The notes beneath the pieces were generated by a model, which was not told the origin of the DNA, did no database searches, and was given only the letters and a program-made list of their open reading frames with translations. Of a stretch of 64,000 nucleotides of DNA, positions 1-13,900 are shown in pieces; the first letter of the stretch is position 1; each line of letters starts with the position of its first letter. Origin of the DNA: Lingula anatina (Eukaryota > Animalia > Brachiopoda). The stretch is taken from assembly GCA_051362555.1 (NCBI GenBank), contig CM120643.1, forward strand, positions 12,064,644 through 12,128,643. Reading direction: 5' to 3'. The position numbers were made by a program, and so were the translations under genes.

Positions 1-109
1 TACCACTCACTGTGTTTGATATATTTTAGGTAAGCTGGGTATTAATATGATTCGGAACTTTGCCCTACATGTCCAAAAGGTTTGGAGAGAATGCGTCCTC
101 AAAATATTT

Positions 110-326
110 CCTCGACGTAGACAAATAAAGCGCGCACTGCTTCCGGTAATTTCATTTGTCACATTATCTCAGAAGAAAGGTGGCGCTCTGGTAAGGATGG
201 TCATCACTTGGGGAGTTCCCGAAAAACAGCGTACACTTTCTGTGAGTCACGTTTTAGTGAAAACTTAGGAGCCTGTTACAGTAACGTTATTCTCACTTGC
301 TGAAACGAGTGCAAAATATTGTAAGT
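110..326 (+). promoter_or_regulatory. Probable promoter and non-coding first exon of the zinc-finger gene
   Basis: CpG-retaining patch with an ETS-like CTTCCGG (about 140), a GGTGGCGC motif and a GTAAGT donor at 321. A candidate acceptor ttttcag lies at 1134. Confidence 0.35.
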
Positions 327-1198
327 GGAACTCTGCAAATGTTTTATTTAAATTCTGTTCGGAGCAGGGGGGGGGGGGGTAAGAAAAGTCAGACGATAGA
401 CTAAATGACGGACGAAAACAGCTACAAAACACGGAATTAAGGACACATTTTGAAATGAAATTTTGGGCTCTTTATGCCCTTGCATTTTTAATAATCCCTC
501 ACATCATTACTTCCCCACATTGTGACACCCCTGCGTCGTTACACGAGCCCCCTTTAGCAAAACTAATATTAATACCTTCCCTGCACTGTTACTCCCCTTA
601 TTGTTTTCTAAAAGATTATTTAAGCTTTAAGAGTTTTCTCAAGAAAGTATGCTATATACATTGTGTCATGTTAGAGTTTTAAAAGACAAATTATAATAAC
701 AGCAAAAAAGATGAGGGTAATTTTTTATTTATCTGCTGTTTTTCAGTTAGGTATTTTATATGAATAACTGTAAGCACTACATTACAGTTACAACTATTGG
801 CATAATTATAAACGAGTAATAGTTGAAAATATATATATAATTTGCTCTTGCGTGTCACATAGAGTGGATGACAAGTATATAGTTGGAACAGAGTTATCCT
901 GAGGCTGTGCTTTAAACAACAGGATGAACATGTTAGTGAAATAAAAATGATTTGTTCTATTGTTCAGGGTGCCAGCCATGTGATAACATCATAATTTTCA
1001 TCAGTCGCATAATTTTCAAGATTTTTTTCCATAACAAACTTGTGGTTTATCTCCAGTCGTCAAACACCAACAGAAGAATGGATCACAGCAACTGAGTACA
1101 TCCTTAAAAATACAAAAAATTTGGAATTTTTCAGATGTGACTAATGTAGAAAAATTCCAATAGAGGGCCCTGTCCAACGCAAGCCTTGGGCCAGGAAC

Positions 1199-1991
1199 AT
1201 GGAAGTTGACTATCCACCTCCTCAAATTTGTATGGATCAGAGTTCTAAGGGAAATGGGAAAAGTACTCCAGATACCGATCACTCCTATAGCAGTGTCCTC
1301 GTAGATGACTCACATGTGGATGAGAGCTATAACGACTATAGTATAAAACCAAATTCCCAGAATAATGTGCATCTTCAGGGGAAACTTGAGATGGATGCTG
1401 GAGACAATTTGTGTCAGGGAAATATTGACTCGGAGACGGGATTATATACTGAAGCAACTATTGTAATCAGAAAGCCAACAGAGGATGGTAGGATAAAAAC
1501 ACAGGAGGAACGACTAGGTACTACGGAAAAATGTGCTGCCAAAGGTAATGCATTGTCACAAAATTGGGGACAGATCCATATAGTGAAGGAGAATGATGAA
1601 CACTCAACTCCCCAGAACTTGAGAGACCCACATCCTCATTCAGTTGACCACATGGACACATCAGATAATTTGATAAAGGTGGAGAACTTGAGTAACAGTG
1701 CCATAGGAGTGCCAACAGTGCCACAATTGGAGTCGGAACACTGTTATGGGAAGAACAGTAGAGATTATAATCAGGAGATTAAAACGAATCAGAATGTGGA
1801 GGGCAGTGATGACACTGATATGGAGATTGATATAGAGATTGGAGTGGAAGAAGTAGAAGTGAATACACTGGAAGATGTTGATGAGGGAAGTGGCATGGAG
1901 GTTGAAGAGGAAAATCAAGTTCTGATTGAACCAGAGGAAGTTGAAGTGTCAACAAAGTCAGAGGATGGAAAAAGTGATACTCCAGGAAGTA
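1199..1991 (+). CDS. Coding exon 1: acidic, low-complexity N-terminal region
   Basis: Part of the 268-aa ORF, E/D-rich. Donor A|GTAAG at 1992 is phase 1, matching the next exon. Confidence 0.75.
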
Positions 1992-4900
1992 GTAAGAAGG
2001 ATTAACAATACTCTTTTAAGTGAAAGTAAAATTTGTTGTATCAAATATATTTTAAATTTTTGCAAACTGCATGTACCAGAGATTGGTCTATCATTTTGAC
2101 AAAGGATGTGTTCACAACCAACTTGAGCTGTGGCCTAACTAAGCAGTGGCCTAAATATGGCACAACCCACTTAAAAACATGGTGTGCAATCCCCTAATAG
2201 AGCCAAGAGTTAAATGCTCTGCCCCCGTGGGGATGGCGCCAGACATGCTGAAACTGACGGTCCAATCAGTCATGACCGGGAAATTTTTTCTGGACCGGTA
2301 AAAAATTGGACTTGGTTGGTCCAAAGGACCGACAAGAGTTTTAAGAACCACAATTTTGAATTTACATTCATCATTCGACATAGTTCACCAATAAAATTAT
2401 ATAAAACCCAAAGCCTTTTTCCCTTCCATTTAAAACCTATCACATCCACAAACAAAGTAAGCTACCTAATTGTACTGGTAGTATCTGTCTCGAACGAATA
2501 GGGCGATTTTTGGTCCGACAAAAATCATTTGGTCCGGCAAATTTTTTATTACTGCCGGTCCAAATGTCTGGCCATTCTGAAAAGTTTTCAGCATGTCTGT
2601 GGTGTGTGTGTTAGGCAGGGAATCCATCAGGGAATTACACGCCTTGCTTCCCAGTGTGTGCCATATTTGAGCTGAGGCTCAGTTAGCTATATAGGCTGTG
2701 TGGTAACTTAGTTGTGAACACTCCCTAAGCTGCTGTATAGTTCTATTTCATGCAGTAAATTCACCACAAATGCAGCATAGAAATATAATGTTTATGCTTT
2801 TTAATTATCTGCCTGAAATTTTGATCATTTTTGCCCATTGAAAATATGGAGTCATAAATGTAATCAAAATCCTTAAAAATATTCTGGCTATGATTTCAGC
2901 ACTGCAAACTCTCAAGGCACTGGCAACACCCTTTCAACATTCAGAAACAAAGAGCTCCGATGTTGACAGCAGGATTCTGGCTTTGGTCATCCACTCACTG
3001 GAGAATGAGTCCCTTGCAGACCATTCTCTGTACTCCTTTATGACAGTGAGAGTGCATTTAGTGAATGGAATAACTGGAAAACCAATGCAATGTCAAAATG
3101 GGTATGAATAGGTTATTAAAATGTGCAGTCTGGAAGTATAGTGTTACGGTAGCAGTAATAATGTCCTTGACTTCAATGTCTTACATTTTTGAGTTCATGG
3201 TCACAGTCATCGTATAAATTTTCTGAAAATATCAATAGTATTTTATTGAATTCCTACCCCAAATATATGGGTCTTATTTTTAACCAGTAGTTGAATGCCT
3301 ACATATCCATTTCTTTGAATTTTGTTGAATGTCTTTCTTTAAGTTTTTTTCTTCTTATAAATTTATCTCTAACATAATATCATTTAGTTTTAATTCTGAA
3401 CCACAGTCATAAACATATCCCCATTTAAAAAAAAATGCACAAAAGGATACTTTTTGAAAGAGTTTTTAATAAGGGCTCGTTCCCACTGAAACTCTTGTTC
3501 TACATTGACGGGGACTTTAACTGAAGTCTAACAGACTATGAAGCCTCCTCCTGGCATTGAGTAGAAAACAGAAAAGCTGGGCCCAGTTTTATAAAGGACG
3601 TTTATCACTAACCAGTGGATAAGCCTAACCAGTGGATAAATTCTCCTAACACCCATTAACTAAAAGATGGTTAAAATGTGTTTCATATACAGTGTTCTGA
3701 CTGAAAACAGCCAATAAGTTAACTGGCCAGTGTTTAACTGGATAAAATAATTATTTAAAGGTCAGTTAACTAACAGACTGTTTAAACACTGTTTATGAAA
3801 CACAGTTTCATCCGTCATTTAGTTAACAGGGTTTAGGGGAATTTATCCACTGGTTAGAGTTAAACACTGGTTAGTGCTAAACGTCCTTTATAAAACTGGG
3901 CCCTGGTGATTATAATAAATACGAGTATGTTGAAAATGAGGAGGGGTGTTAATCTAACCCAGACACCTTGTAGCTTTCATTATGCTTTTAATCCTTCTTA
4001 TCAAATTTAGGGAGATGGTTTTACCTAGGATGACAAAACCATGGGACTTTAAAGTAAACAGGTAAATGCACCAGCTATATATTATAGTATATTTACCTCT
4101 GCCAAGGAGGTTATGTTTTCACCTCTGTTTGTCTGTTTGTCATCAACATAACTCAAAAAGTTATGGACCGATTTTGATGAAATTTTCAGGAATTGTCAGA
4201 AGTGGGCCAAGGAAGAGATGATTAGTTTTTGTTGGTGAACTGGACCAATAATCAATCAATAATCAATAACAATCAAAAGTCGCTGCCTTGGCTGAGGTCT
4301 GCACTCTCGGAGTGCTTTTCTAGTTGGTGTTATAAAACAAGTAGACTTTAGAGTATGATGCTGATTGCTCTAAGCTTGGCTTCTAAAATTCTGTTTTTGT
4401 AAATAAGAAACTTTTTCAGATTAAATATATTCAGGTATTTCAGCATATCCTACTTTGCTAAATAATCAGGAAGACATGTAGCTAGATATTGAATCCTCAT
4501 AGTGAATTTTGCTTTGACAGTCCTTCATAACCTTGCAGCATGGCTAAGAATAAAAACAATACACAAAGACAATTTTATTATTATATGTAGGGTATGAGGA
4601 TGAAAAAATTGTTTTGTCTCATTTTGCTTAGTATGCTGTTTTAAAGCGTAAAGTGGGATAAGTATAGATGAGTTGAGACCCACACAAATAATTATGAGAA
4701 AGGATGTTATCTTTTTATGTACAGACACAGATGTGTCTGTACATATTGCCATCACCTGCGTCTGTCGTCGCCGATGGCGCTGCCGATGCCGATGCCGATG
4801 CCGATGCCGTGCACTTTCCTTGTAAACACGATAAGTGGAGGGCAGTTTTACTTTTTGGCTTTAAATTTACAGAGCTGATGAATATTCATAAAACGCAGGT

Positions 4901-7900
4901 CAAGTTCGAAAATCAGCATGATCGGGCCATTATTGTAGAAGTTATGCTGTTTTTTCACTTTTCAGCATATTTTTCACATTTCCTCAGATTCAATTCTTAG
5001 GCATGTTAACAGTCTCATTATTAAACTAATAAGATACGTAAAAGTTTTTGTTTGACATTTCCTGCATCTTTACAACATTGTTAGTTGATTTTGTAAAAAT
5101 GATGGTAAACTTGTTATCGTGTATTGTGTAATAAAGTTTCAAAAATGGAAATAAACTCATATCATTGCAGTTTGTCAGATTCAATCATTCACTATGTTCA
5201 GAATCTCAGAATGGAAGAAATTGGACATTTAACACTGCTTTATTGATATTTTTCCCATCTCATCAATTTTCTTAGTTGATCATATAAAAATGGCATTAAA
5301 CTGTTAATTTTGTTTTATGTTAAAAGTTGTTAAAAATGGAAAAAAAAAACATTTCAGAACAGTGCTGTCTTGTTTACATTTTGGCATTTTCAAGTTGTGA
5401 CTTTGAAGTTCCATGGGCCTGAAGACCTTTGCTAGTCACATTTTCTGAATATCCATGATACTAATATTTTATTATTAAAAATTGATGGTCATTATGCTGT
5501 TAAACATTATGTAATATTGCATCAAAATTTGAAAAAAACTATTTTGGGCACTGCTCCCATGATGACCATTTAAGAAAAACCATGTCACTTACTGTTCTCA
5601 AACAGTACAGTAAATATATATATATATAGATGTGTCTGTACATATTGCCATCACCTGCGTCTGTCGTTGCCGTCATCGCCGTCACCGGCGCCGTGCACTT
5701 TCATTGTAAACACGATAAGTGGAAGGCAGTTTTACTTTTTGGCTTTATATTTACAGAGCTGATGAATATTCATAAAACGCAGGTCAAGTTCGAAAATCAG
5801 CATGATCGGGCCATTATTGTAGAAGTTATGCTTTTTTTTCACTTTTCAGCATATATGGAACACTGTAAACACATTCCAAGGAAAACCGATAGGCCTGTTG
5901 TCATGAAACTCACAGAAGTAATCTATCTTACTAAAACGCAGGTCAATTCGAAAATCGGCATGATCAGGCCACTATTTTAGTAGTTATGCTTTTTTTTTTT
6001 TTCACTTTTCAGCATATATGCAACACTGTAAACACAATATACGAAAAACGGATAGGCCAATTGTCATTAAACTCACAGGAGTGGCCAATCCTGCTAAAAC
6101 GCAGGTTGAGTTAAAAAATCAGCATAATCGGGCCATTATTTTAGAAGTTATGTTGTTTTTTCACATTTCCTCAGATTCAATTCTTAGGCATGTAACAGTT
6201 TCATTATTTAATTAATAAGATATTAAAAGTGTTTGTTTGACATTTCCTGCATCTTTACAACATTGATAGTTGATTTTGTAAAAATGATGGTTAATTTGTT
6301 ATCGTGTATTGTGTAATAAAGTTTCAAAAATGGAAATAAACTCATATCATTGCAGTTTGTCAGATTCAATCATTCACTATGTTCAGAATCTCAGAATGGA
6401 AGAAATTGGACATTTAACACTGCTCTATTGATATTTTTCCCATCTCATCAATTTTCTTAGTTGATCATATAAAAATGGCAGTAAGCTGTTAATTTTGTTT
6501 TATGTTAAAAATTGTTAAAAATGAAAAAAAAAAAAACATTTCAGAACAATGCTGTCTTGTTTACATTTTGGCATTTTCAAGTTGTGACTTTGAAGTTCCA
6601 TGGGCCTGAAGACCTTTGCTAGTCACATTTTCTGAATATCCATGATACTAATATTTTATTATTAAAATTGATGGTCATTATGCTGTTAAACATTATGTAA
6701 TATTGCATCAAAATTTGAAAAAAACCTACTTTGGGCACTGCTCCCATGATGATCATTTAAGAAAAACCATGTCACTTACTGTTCTCAAACAGTACAGTAA
6801 ATATGTACAGATGTGTCTGTACATATTGCCATCACCTGCGTCTGTCGTCGCCATCAGCGCCGTCACCGGCGCCTTGCACTTTCATTGTAAACACGATAAG
6901 TGGAAGGCAGTTTTACTTTTGGGCTTTATGTTTACAGAGCTGATGAATATTCATAAAACGCAGGTCAAGTTCGAAAATCAGCATGATTGGGCCATTATTG
7001 TAGAGGTCATGCCTTTTTTCACTTTTCAGCATATTTCACATATTGGCATTTTCAAGGTGTGACTTTGAAGTTCTACATGCTTGAAGACCCATGCTAGTCA
7101 CATTTTCTGAAAATCCATGATACGTATATTTTATTATTAAAAATTGACGGTCATTATGCTGTTAACCAATATGTAATATTGCATCAGAATAGAAGAAAAC
7201 AATTATGGGTGCTGCTGCCATGATGACCATTATGGGAAAACCATGTTACTTATGATTGCCAAATGTTCAAAAAAGAAATGCAGGACTAAAATGCAGCCTG
7301 AGTTGGAAAAGTAGTCTAATTGGCTTCTTTTTCTGGAAGTTATACATTTTCAAAGTGTGAACTTGAACTCCCATGGGCCTGAAGCCTTATGCTTGTTACA
7401 CATTTTACTTACATTGGTATTACCTGTTGAGCATAATTAAAATTTGATGTTGAATTTGCAGTTTAACATAATGTACTTTTGCATCAGAATTGACAGTAGC
7501 CTATTTTGTGCATAGTTATTTCCTGCTTTTTGTCTGTACATTTGACAGCTTTGCTGCCTTGTTTTTTTTTTCAGAACGAAGACAGCTGTGTGGGAAGAAC
7601 TTTGCCTCTTTAAAGAAAGTTACAGTTACGTCATGGAAGAAAAGCATCAGGCAGTTTTCCTGTTTGAGGTAAAGCCAAGTGTAATGAAGCTCCATTCCAT
7701 AATCAGTATTGCCATAAACTTTTCAGCTTATAAGTAACTGGCCATTCAAACCACCACCTTGAAATTCCAAAAATCTACAGGCCCAGATCGGGATTCACAA
7801 TTATGAATACAATATTTTAATAAGACTGGACATATTACATGGATATTTACTAGTAACAGAACCTTGATTTTGTTACACAAGAATCATCGTTTAACAGTGG

Positions 7901-10900
7901 CATTGCAGAAAAATTTAACCAAACCAAACGCTCTTGAAAACATCAGGAAAAACCTAATGGCCTCATCAGACCACTAAATTCACACATTCTGAAAAATGTT
8001 TTGGTTCAAGCAAAATTTTACTGGCCACAGGCATAGAACCAGTGGCTATTTTGTGGACTGCATAATTTTAGGTCAAGATTTGACATTTGCTGAAACACAA
8101 TGATCTTCACTAAACCTTGGTTTTGATGAGATCAAGTCAGTGGCCTTTGTAGGCAAGTATGTTATGCTGTTATGCTGTTTATGATGTAATCAAGTCTGCA
8201 ACCTTGTGATAAATTACACCATTAAGTAATGGTTTAGTGTACTTTCAATTATTTGAAATATATCTGATTTGAGTAAGCAGTATTTTCTCATGGAGTATTG
8301 GAAAAAGACAACGCTGTCATGTATATTTATACTTCAGGTAATGGATGCTTCTAGTTTGAATACTGCCAACCTGAAGAACCGGCTTGCAGTAGCTGGAGAA
8401 GGCAGGGTGATAGCATGGGGGTTCTTGCCAGTGAGTAGTTCCTAATGATATCACACTTAAAACACTGCCATACGTAGCTCATTAGCAGGGCTTTTATACT
8501 GCCATCTAACATACCCCAATCACCAGTGTTCTTGAAAAACTTTGGACACATTATGTCTGTCATAAAATATCTCTATGTCAGACATTTGAAAAATATATAA
8601 TTTTTCATGGTTTACTTATAAAAACAAGTCTGATAACAACAGCAGCACAAAACAGTGCCTACATCAGGTACAATGTGAAATAGTGGCCTCATTTTTCAGC
8701 ATGTCACAGTCTGTGACATAAGCTTTTCAGCTCTCTGACCATTCGGATCACCGATTGCTTACAATCACTTGTCTGACTTAAAATTTGCCCGAAAAAAAAA
8801 ATTCCAACAGACTGGACATATACCTCTATTACATCAAAGCTAGTAAAAACGAGACCTTGCTTTGTCAAATCTTTTTATATTTAGAATTACATGTAAGAGT
8901 TTGAGATTTCAGAAAAATATCAAACAAATTGAAAATGTCTTCTGAAATCTTTCAGTTTCACAATAATTGTTTTGGTAGAATAAGTGAACTGCCTTGAAAA
9001 ATTTACTAAAAGAATTGTACTTCATATGTATGTTATACATACATTAGAATTTCCCATGTCCACACACAAAGTACTGGTAGATAAAAAAGCAGAATGTATA
9101 TTTTTTTAATTATTTTTTTATGTTTTTATATCCTTGTCTTTTTATAAAAAAAAAATACCCTTAAAGAAAGAAAAGCAAAGCCATGTAATGGTGCTCAGAT
9201 GTTGCTTTATTTATATAATTATTATTATCACTAATAACCTTAAATTTTAATCACTATAACTATTTGAAAATTTAAAATGAACCTTTTATCACATACACAT
9301 GTAAATTGCCAATTGAAAAAATCAAATATAATAAAATTATGCACAATAACACAATGGTCCATCATGCTTGTTGGATTAAGAAAAACTATTAAGATCATCT
9401 CACATTTACTTTTAAAATCCACTAATTACTTTTTTAAAAAATAAAAAGTTACATCGTTTTTATCACCGAGTCTGTACTTTATGGCAGCTGAGCAGAAACC
9501 AAAAAGATAACTGCTTTGTTATACATGTAAGTTACCTCAACTCCCAAGTGCCTGTTCTGCACTGGGGGAGACGGAGTACAGCGCCACTGTGTCTGCTCTA
9601 TCGACATGTGCTCACCCTTCAACTGTGTGGCTTTTAAACTGGCCTGAACTGGTTCAGCAGTGGTAGGCCAAACATATAGTAGTGGGGATTATATATCAGT
9701 GTCATTTTTTACCACAGGATTGACTTGTTTGGGAGAATCTAATTCAGAGTCCAAGTGTGGATATTCTATTTTAGTTCAAAAGAATAAAGTAAGTTGCAGT
9801 AAACTATGAATTTGCTTTTGAAAGTAAATTTAAAAATTAATTAAAAAATTGTGCTTAATCCCAAAATTTTACAAGGAGGCTAGAAAATGCTTGTTAGGGC
9901 AAGACTAATATCAATGCATATTTTACTTTTTCGCGCTGGAGCAATTTGTGCAGTGGCAAAAAGCATTGGCAGCTGAGCCAGGACTTAGTATTTTAGATGC
10001 TCTGCCATTTGATAGTGCGGACATTGTGACTGACATGCTGATGTTTCACGTCAGACATTTACAATTTATGACAGACATGTTCGGCTGTCCGACGGTTTTT
10101 CGGGAACACTGCCAATCACACTGCCACATCTAACACGCAAACCAATTAGACTATCACATACAACTCATTGTCACACTAAGTATACTGTCACATCAAACAC
10201 ACTGGCACATGTAGCAAACTTTTGCATCCACCTAACTTTCACTAATGTCCAAAAGAAATAAATCAAGGATACACATTTGTTTTATTTCCACCTTTGGTAG
10301 TTTTGATAGAAGCTTTTCAAAGACAAGCTGGTTTTTATGTTGAATGAGATTTAAAGTTCGTATTTTTCCAAAAATGGAAAGGTTTGAGTCAACAGATAAT
10401 TCATGAATAACAGTCTAATTTGCATTTTACAGGTGACGAACAGTAAAGGAAAGGGGAGGAAGTGGTTACAATTATACTGGCCTCAAAAGAAAACACTAAC
10501 AAAACAAGGAGAAATTGAGGTAAAGCACTGTTTCATCAATTTTCACAATGGACCTTGAATTGAAAAATGAATACTTATCACCCAATGATAAGAGCTCCTG
10601 GTCTTTATATTTATAACTTGAATTGAAAGTAGAATTTTTTCTTTTGCCAGAAATGAGGACAAACTGTAAGCATTTTGAATTGAACAACAAGCCAATTTAC
10701 TATTAATATCATGGTTATGGTTTTCAAGTATGCTTCCAGTATGGGTTTTTAAATAGATTAGTACTATTATGACTATTACTTCTATCAACACATTTAATAT
10801 TTAATTTATTATTTCAGCACTTAAATAATTAATTCACAAGTGGAACGCTCTTTGATTTTGTTTCTTCCAATATTTCCAGGTCTTTCACTGGTACAAGTCA

Positions 10901-13900
10901 AAACAAGAAAGATGTGTGTATCCAGCCTCTCTGACTGTTTCTGTGAATGGTGTCATTCCTAGAAACCATCTGAAGCCATCCTGTAGCAACTTACCTCTGT
11001 CGGTAGGTAGATATAAATTGTTATATTGGTCTGCATTTCCTGACTAATGAAAATCTTAGCTCAACTTGGATATTGAACTATATTCATTGGACTAAGACCC
11101 CATTCCCACAGATTTTAGATCGATCTATCCCCTTTGGGAGTCTCACTAGATTACTGTCAGCTTAGCTGGCTTAAATGTCTGTCCCGCCTACTAAAAGCTG
11201 TAAGGGGGTAATTAACTTCCGTGCACGGTTGGCTAACAGCAATTTAGCGTGAACCCCCAGGGAGTAAGGTCGATCTAGTTGGATCGATCTGAATCTCTGG
11301 GAATGCGCTCTAAGTGGTGTAGTCAAAGGGTTTAATTTTTTTAATGATGTTCCAGAAATTGATTTTATTACAGATTTTTAAGAATGCTCTTCAACTTGGT
11401 AGGATTTCACAAGGAATCTAAAAATTCCCGCTTAAGTGAGGTGTAAAATTTTTCCTGTATTAACCATAGGTTTTAGGGTGCAATTACCCCCTTCTTATGA
11501 CTGAGCACTTTAGATTACCATCTATTTTTGAAAAAGAGTTTCAATTTTATTACTAAATTTTTGTCTTCATTTTCCAGAGAGAAAATATTCCAGGGGTAAA
11601 GAGAAGAAAAAACAAGGAAAAAACTCAAACCCCCATTTTATGTCAAGAAGCTTATAGCTTACTAAAACAATCCCCTTCCAAGAGTGTATATATTTTGAAT
11701 GTGGCTGGGTCTGGTGGGATTGTTCCCCTGGGAACCAAAGGTGCCTCCAACCCCATGCCAGTGGCCCTGGCGAAGACTTCATACCCAGAATATCAGGCTG
11801 GAAGAGGAGCAGTTGAACTTCCAAAAAATGTGACAGCATCGAGTCCACCACCACCAGTGGTCCCCATGGCAGCTTCACCACCAGTGGTTCCCATGGCAAC
11901 TCCACCACCTGTGGTTCCCGTGGCAACTTCTACCCCTGCAATCCAGACTTATGATGGTGGAGGGGTTTGTCAGGGGGTAAAAAATGCACCCCCCTGTCAG
12001 CTTGTAGTTCCCAGCAATACTTCATATGTAAATAACAATATCATGGATTACAAGGTTGCACCCCAAAGGTTACACCACTCAGCAGACAATCCAGACAGCC
12101 TTTTGCAGCAGCCATTGAGAACAGAAACAAGTCCCACTGCAGCAGACCAAAGTGGGCAAACCAATATGATATTAAAGGAAGAAAATTCTCATGGAGCCAT
12201 TCCGAAGAATTGGAGTCCAATATCAGACAATGCTGTACCTCTTGCAAATCAAATCAAAAAAACAGTGGTTTCCAATACACCTATTTTTTGTGAGAAAATG
12301 TCAAGTGATTTAGGGCCTGTAGGTACTCTTCTTTACAGTATTGGAATGGATTTAGTGAAAGAGAGAGCTTGTAAAGGGCTGATACGTTTGCAGACCAAAA
12401 AATTGGAGGAAAAGAAACTGGATGAAAAAGAAAAAGAGCAGCTTGAGCAGTTGAGGCAATTTTATTCTGATACAAGACAAAAGAACCGTCAGCTACATCT
12501 AAAGAAACAGAAGTGCCGGAAATGTAAATTCAAAACAGAATCCCTGAATGTAATGGAAAATCATTTGGAATATCCACACATGCAAGGGACATACATGAAT
12601 TGTTCCTTCTGTAATTATGGCACCAGCCAAAGCTTAACTTCAGCATTTACCCAGCACGTGAAAAAGAAACACAAAAAGCAACCACGTGCCATGCCAAAAT
12701 CAGCACCTCATCAGTGCCCATTGTGCTCTTATGATAATATCCATTCACTCCGTGTTTCGCAGCATTTGGCATTATGTCGAAAAACTTTTAATTTTGCCAA
12801 AAACTTAGCCCCAGAACCAAATTTTTTGCACCACTCCCTTAGTCTTGATTTCATAAAGAAGCCAAAAGCAAACCAACCCAGTAGTGTCCCTCATCGCGAT
12901 CCCAATCAGATGTCAATTCAACCAAGAATTTTGAACAAATCATGTTTGAAAAAATCAAAGACAGTGAAGGAGCAACTATCTGGTGTAGCTGTTTCAAATA
13001 AATGCCAGTCGTCAAATGTTGCATTCAAGTCCTTAGGTTCTCTACCCAATAAGACTAATGTTTTTTTAAACAGTAAAGTTCCCTTCACGCGGGACAACAA
13101 TGGCTGTTTTACAGTTTTACAGTTCAAACAAGCAACTCCAACTGTACAACAGACGAATGTCAATACAGCCAAGCTGTTAAATTACCAAATTGGGCCTGCG
13201 GTTGGCATGATCAATCCAGTGGCTCCATCTGTCCAGCAAATTTCAACCAGCCAACCTATTAGCCAATCTGGTGTACCGTTGACATCAGGGACATCAGGTT
13301 CAATTGGTGTGCCTGTGGGCATCATCAGGGCAATCATCAACCCAGCTGCTGGGGTGCAGCCGATAGGGTCAGGTTTGCAGGTATTTAAGATAAATGATCA
13401 GCTCTTTACCTCAGCTGGCAAATCCCTAATCCCAGTGAAAACAGCAGCACCAGTGGGGATTATTAAGTTGAGTGACCCACAGAAAGCAACTACAGCTAGT
13501 GGTGCTTTGTCCATAGTTCAAGGAGCCCAAGTGCATGGAAACCCAAATACCCAAAATCTAAATCTGTCAGGGGTGGCATCAACAACTATTCAGTCAAAGC
13601 TACCACCAGTCAATATCCAGTCAGTGGTTCCATCAAAAAGTATCCAGCTGAAGCTACCACCAACCAATATCCAGTCAGTGGTTCCACCAACCAATATCCA
13701 ACTGATGGAAGAACCTACCAATATCCAGACAGTGGTTCCAACCAGTATCCAACTGAAGGTACCACCTACAAATATCCAGTCATTGGTTCCACCAGCCAGT
13801 ATCCAACTGAAGGTACCACCTACTGATTTCCAGTCAGTGGTTCCACCAACCAGTATCCAACTTAATGTACCACCTACCAATATCCAGTCAGTGGTTCCAA

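Noticed and set aside
4704-7062. Repeated ORFs MCLYILPSPASVV...
   Set aside because: They derive from the triplicated intronic repeat, diverge by frameshifts and show no protein motif.
7490-7672. 60-aa ORF as listed in the track
   Set aside because: The real exon (7575-7668) is read in a different frame.
2900-11002. Calling the locus AHI1 itself
   Set aside because: No WD40 or SH3 exons follow, and the frame continues into zinc fingers, so no gene symbol is assigned.
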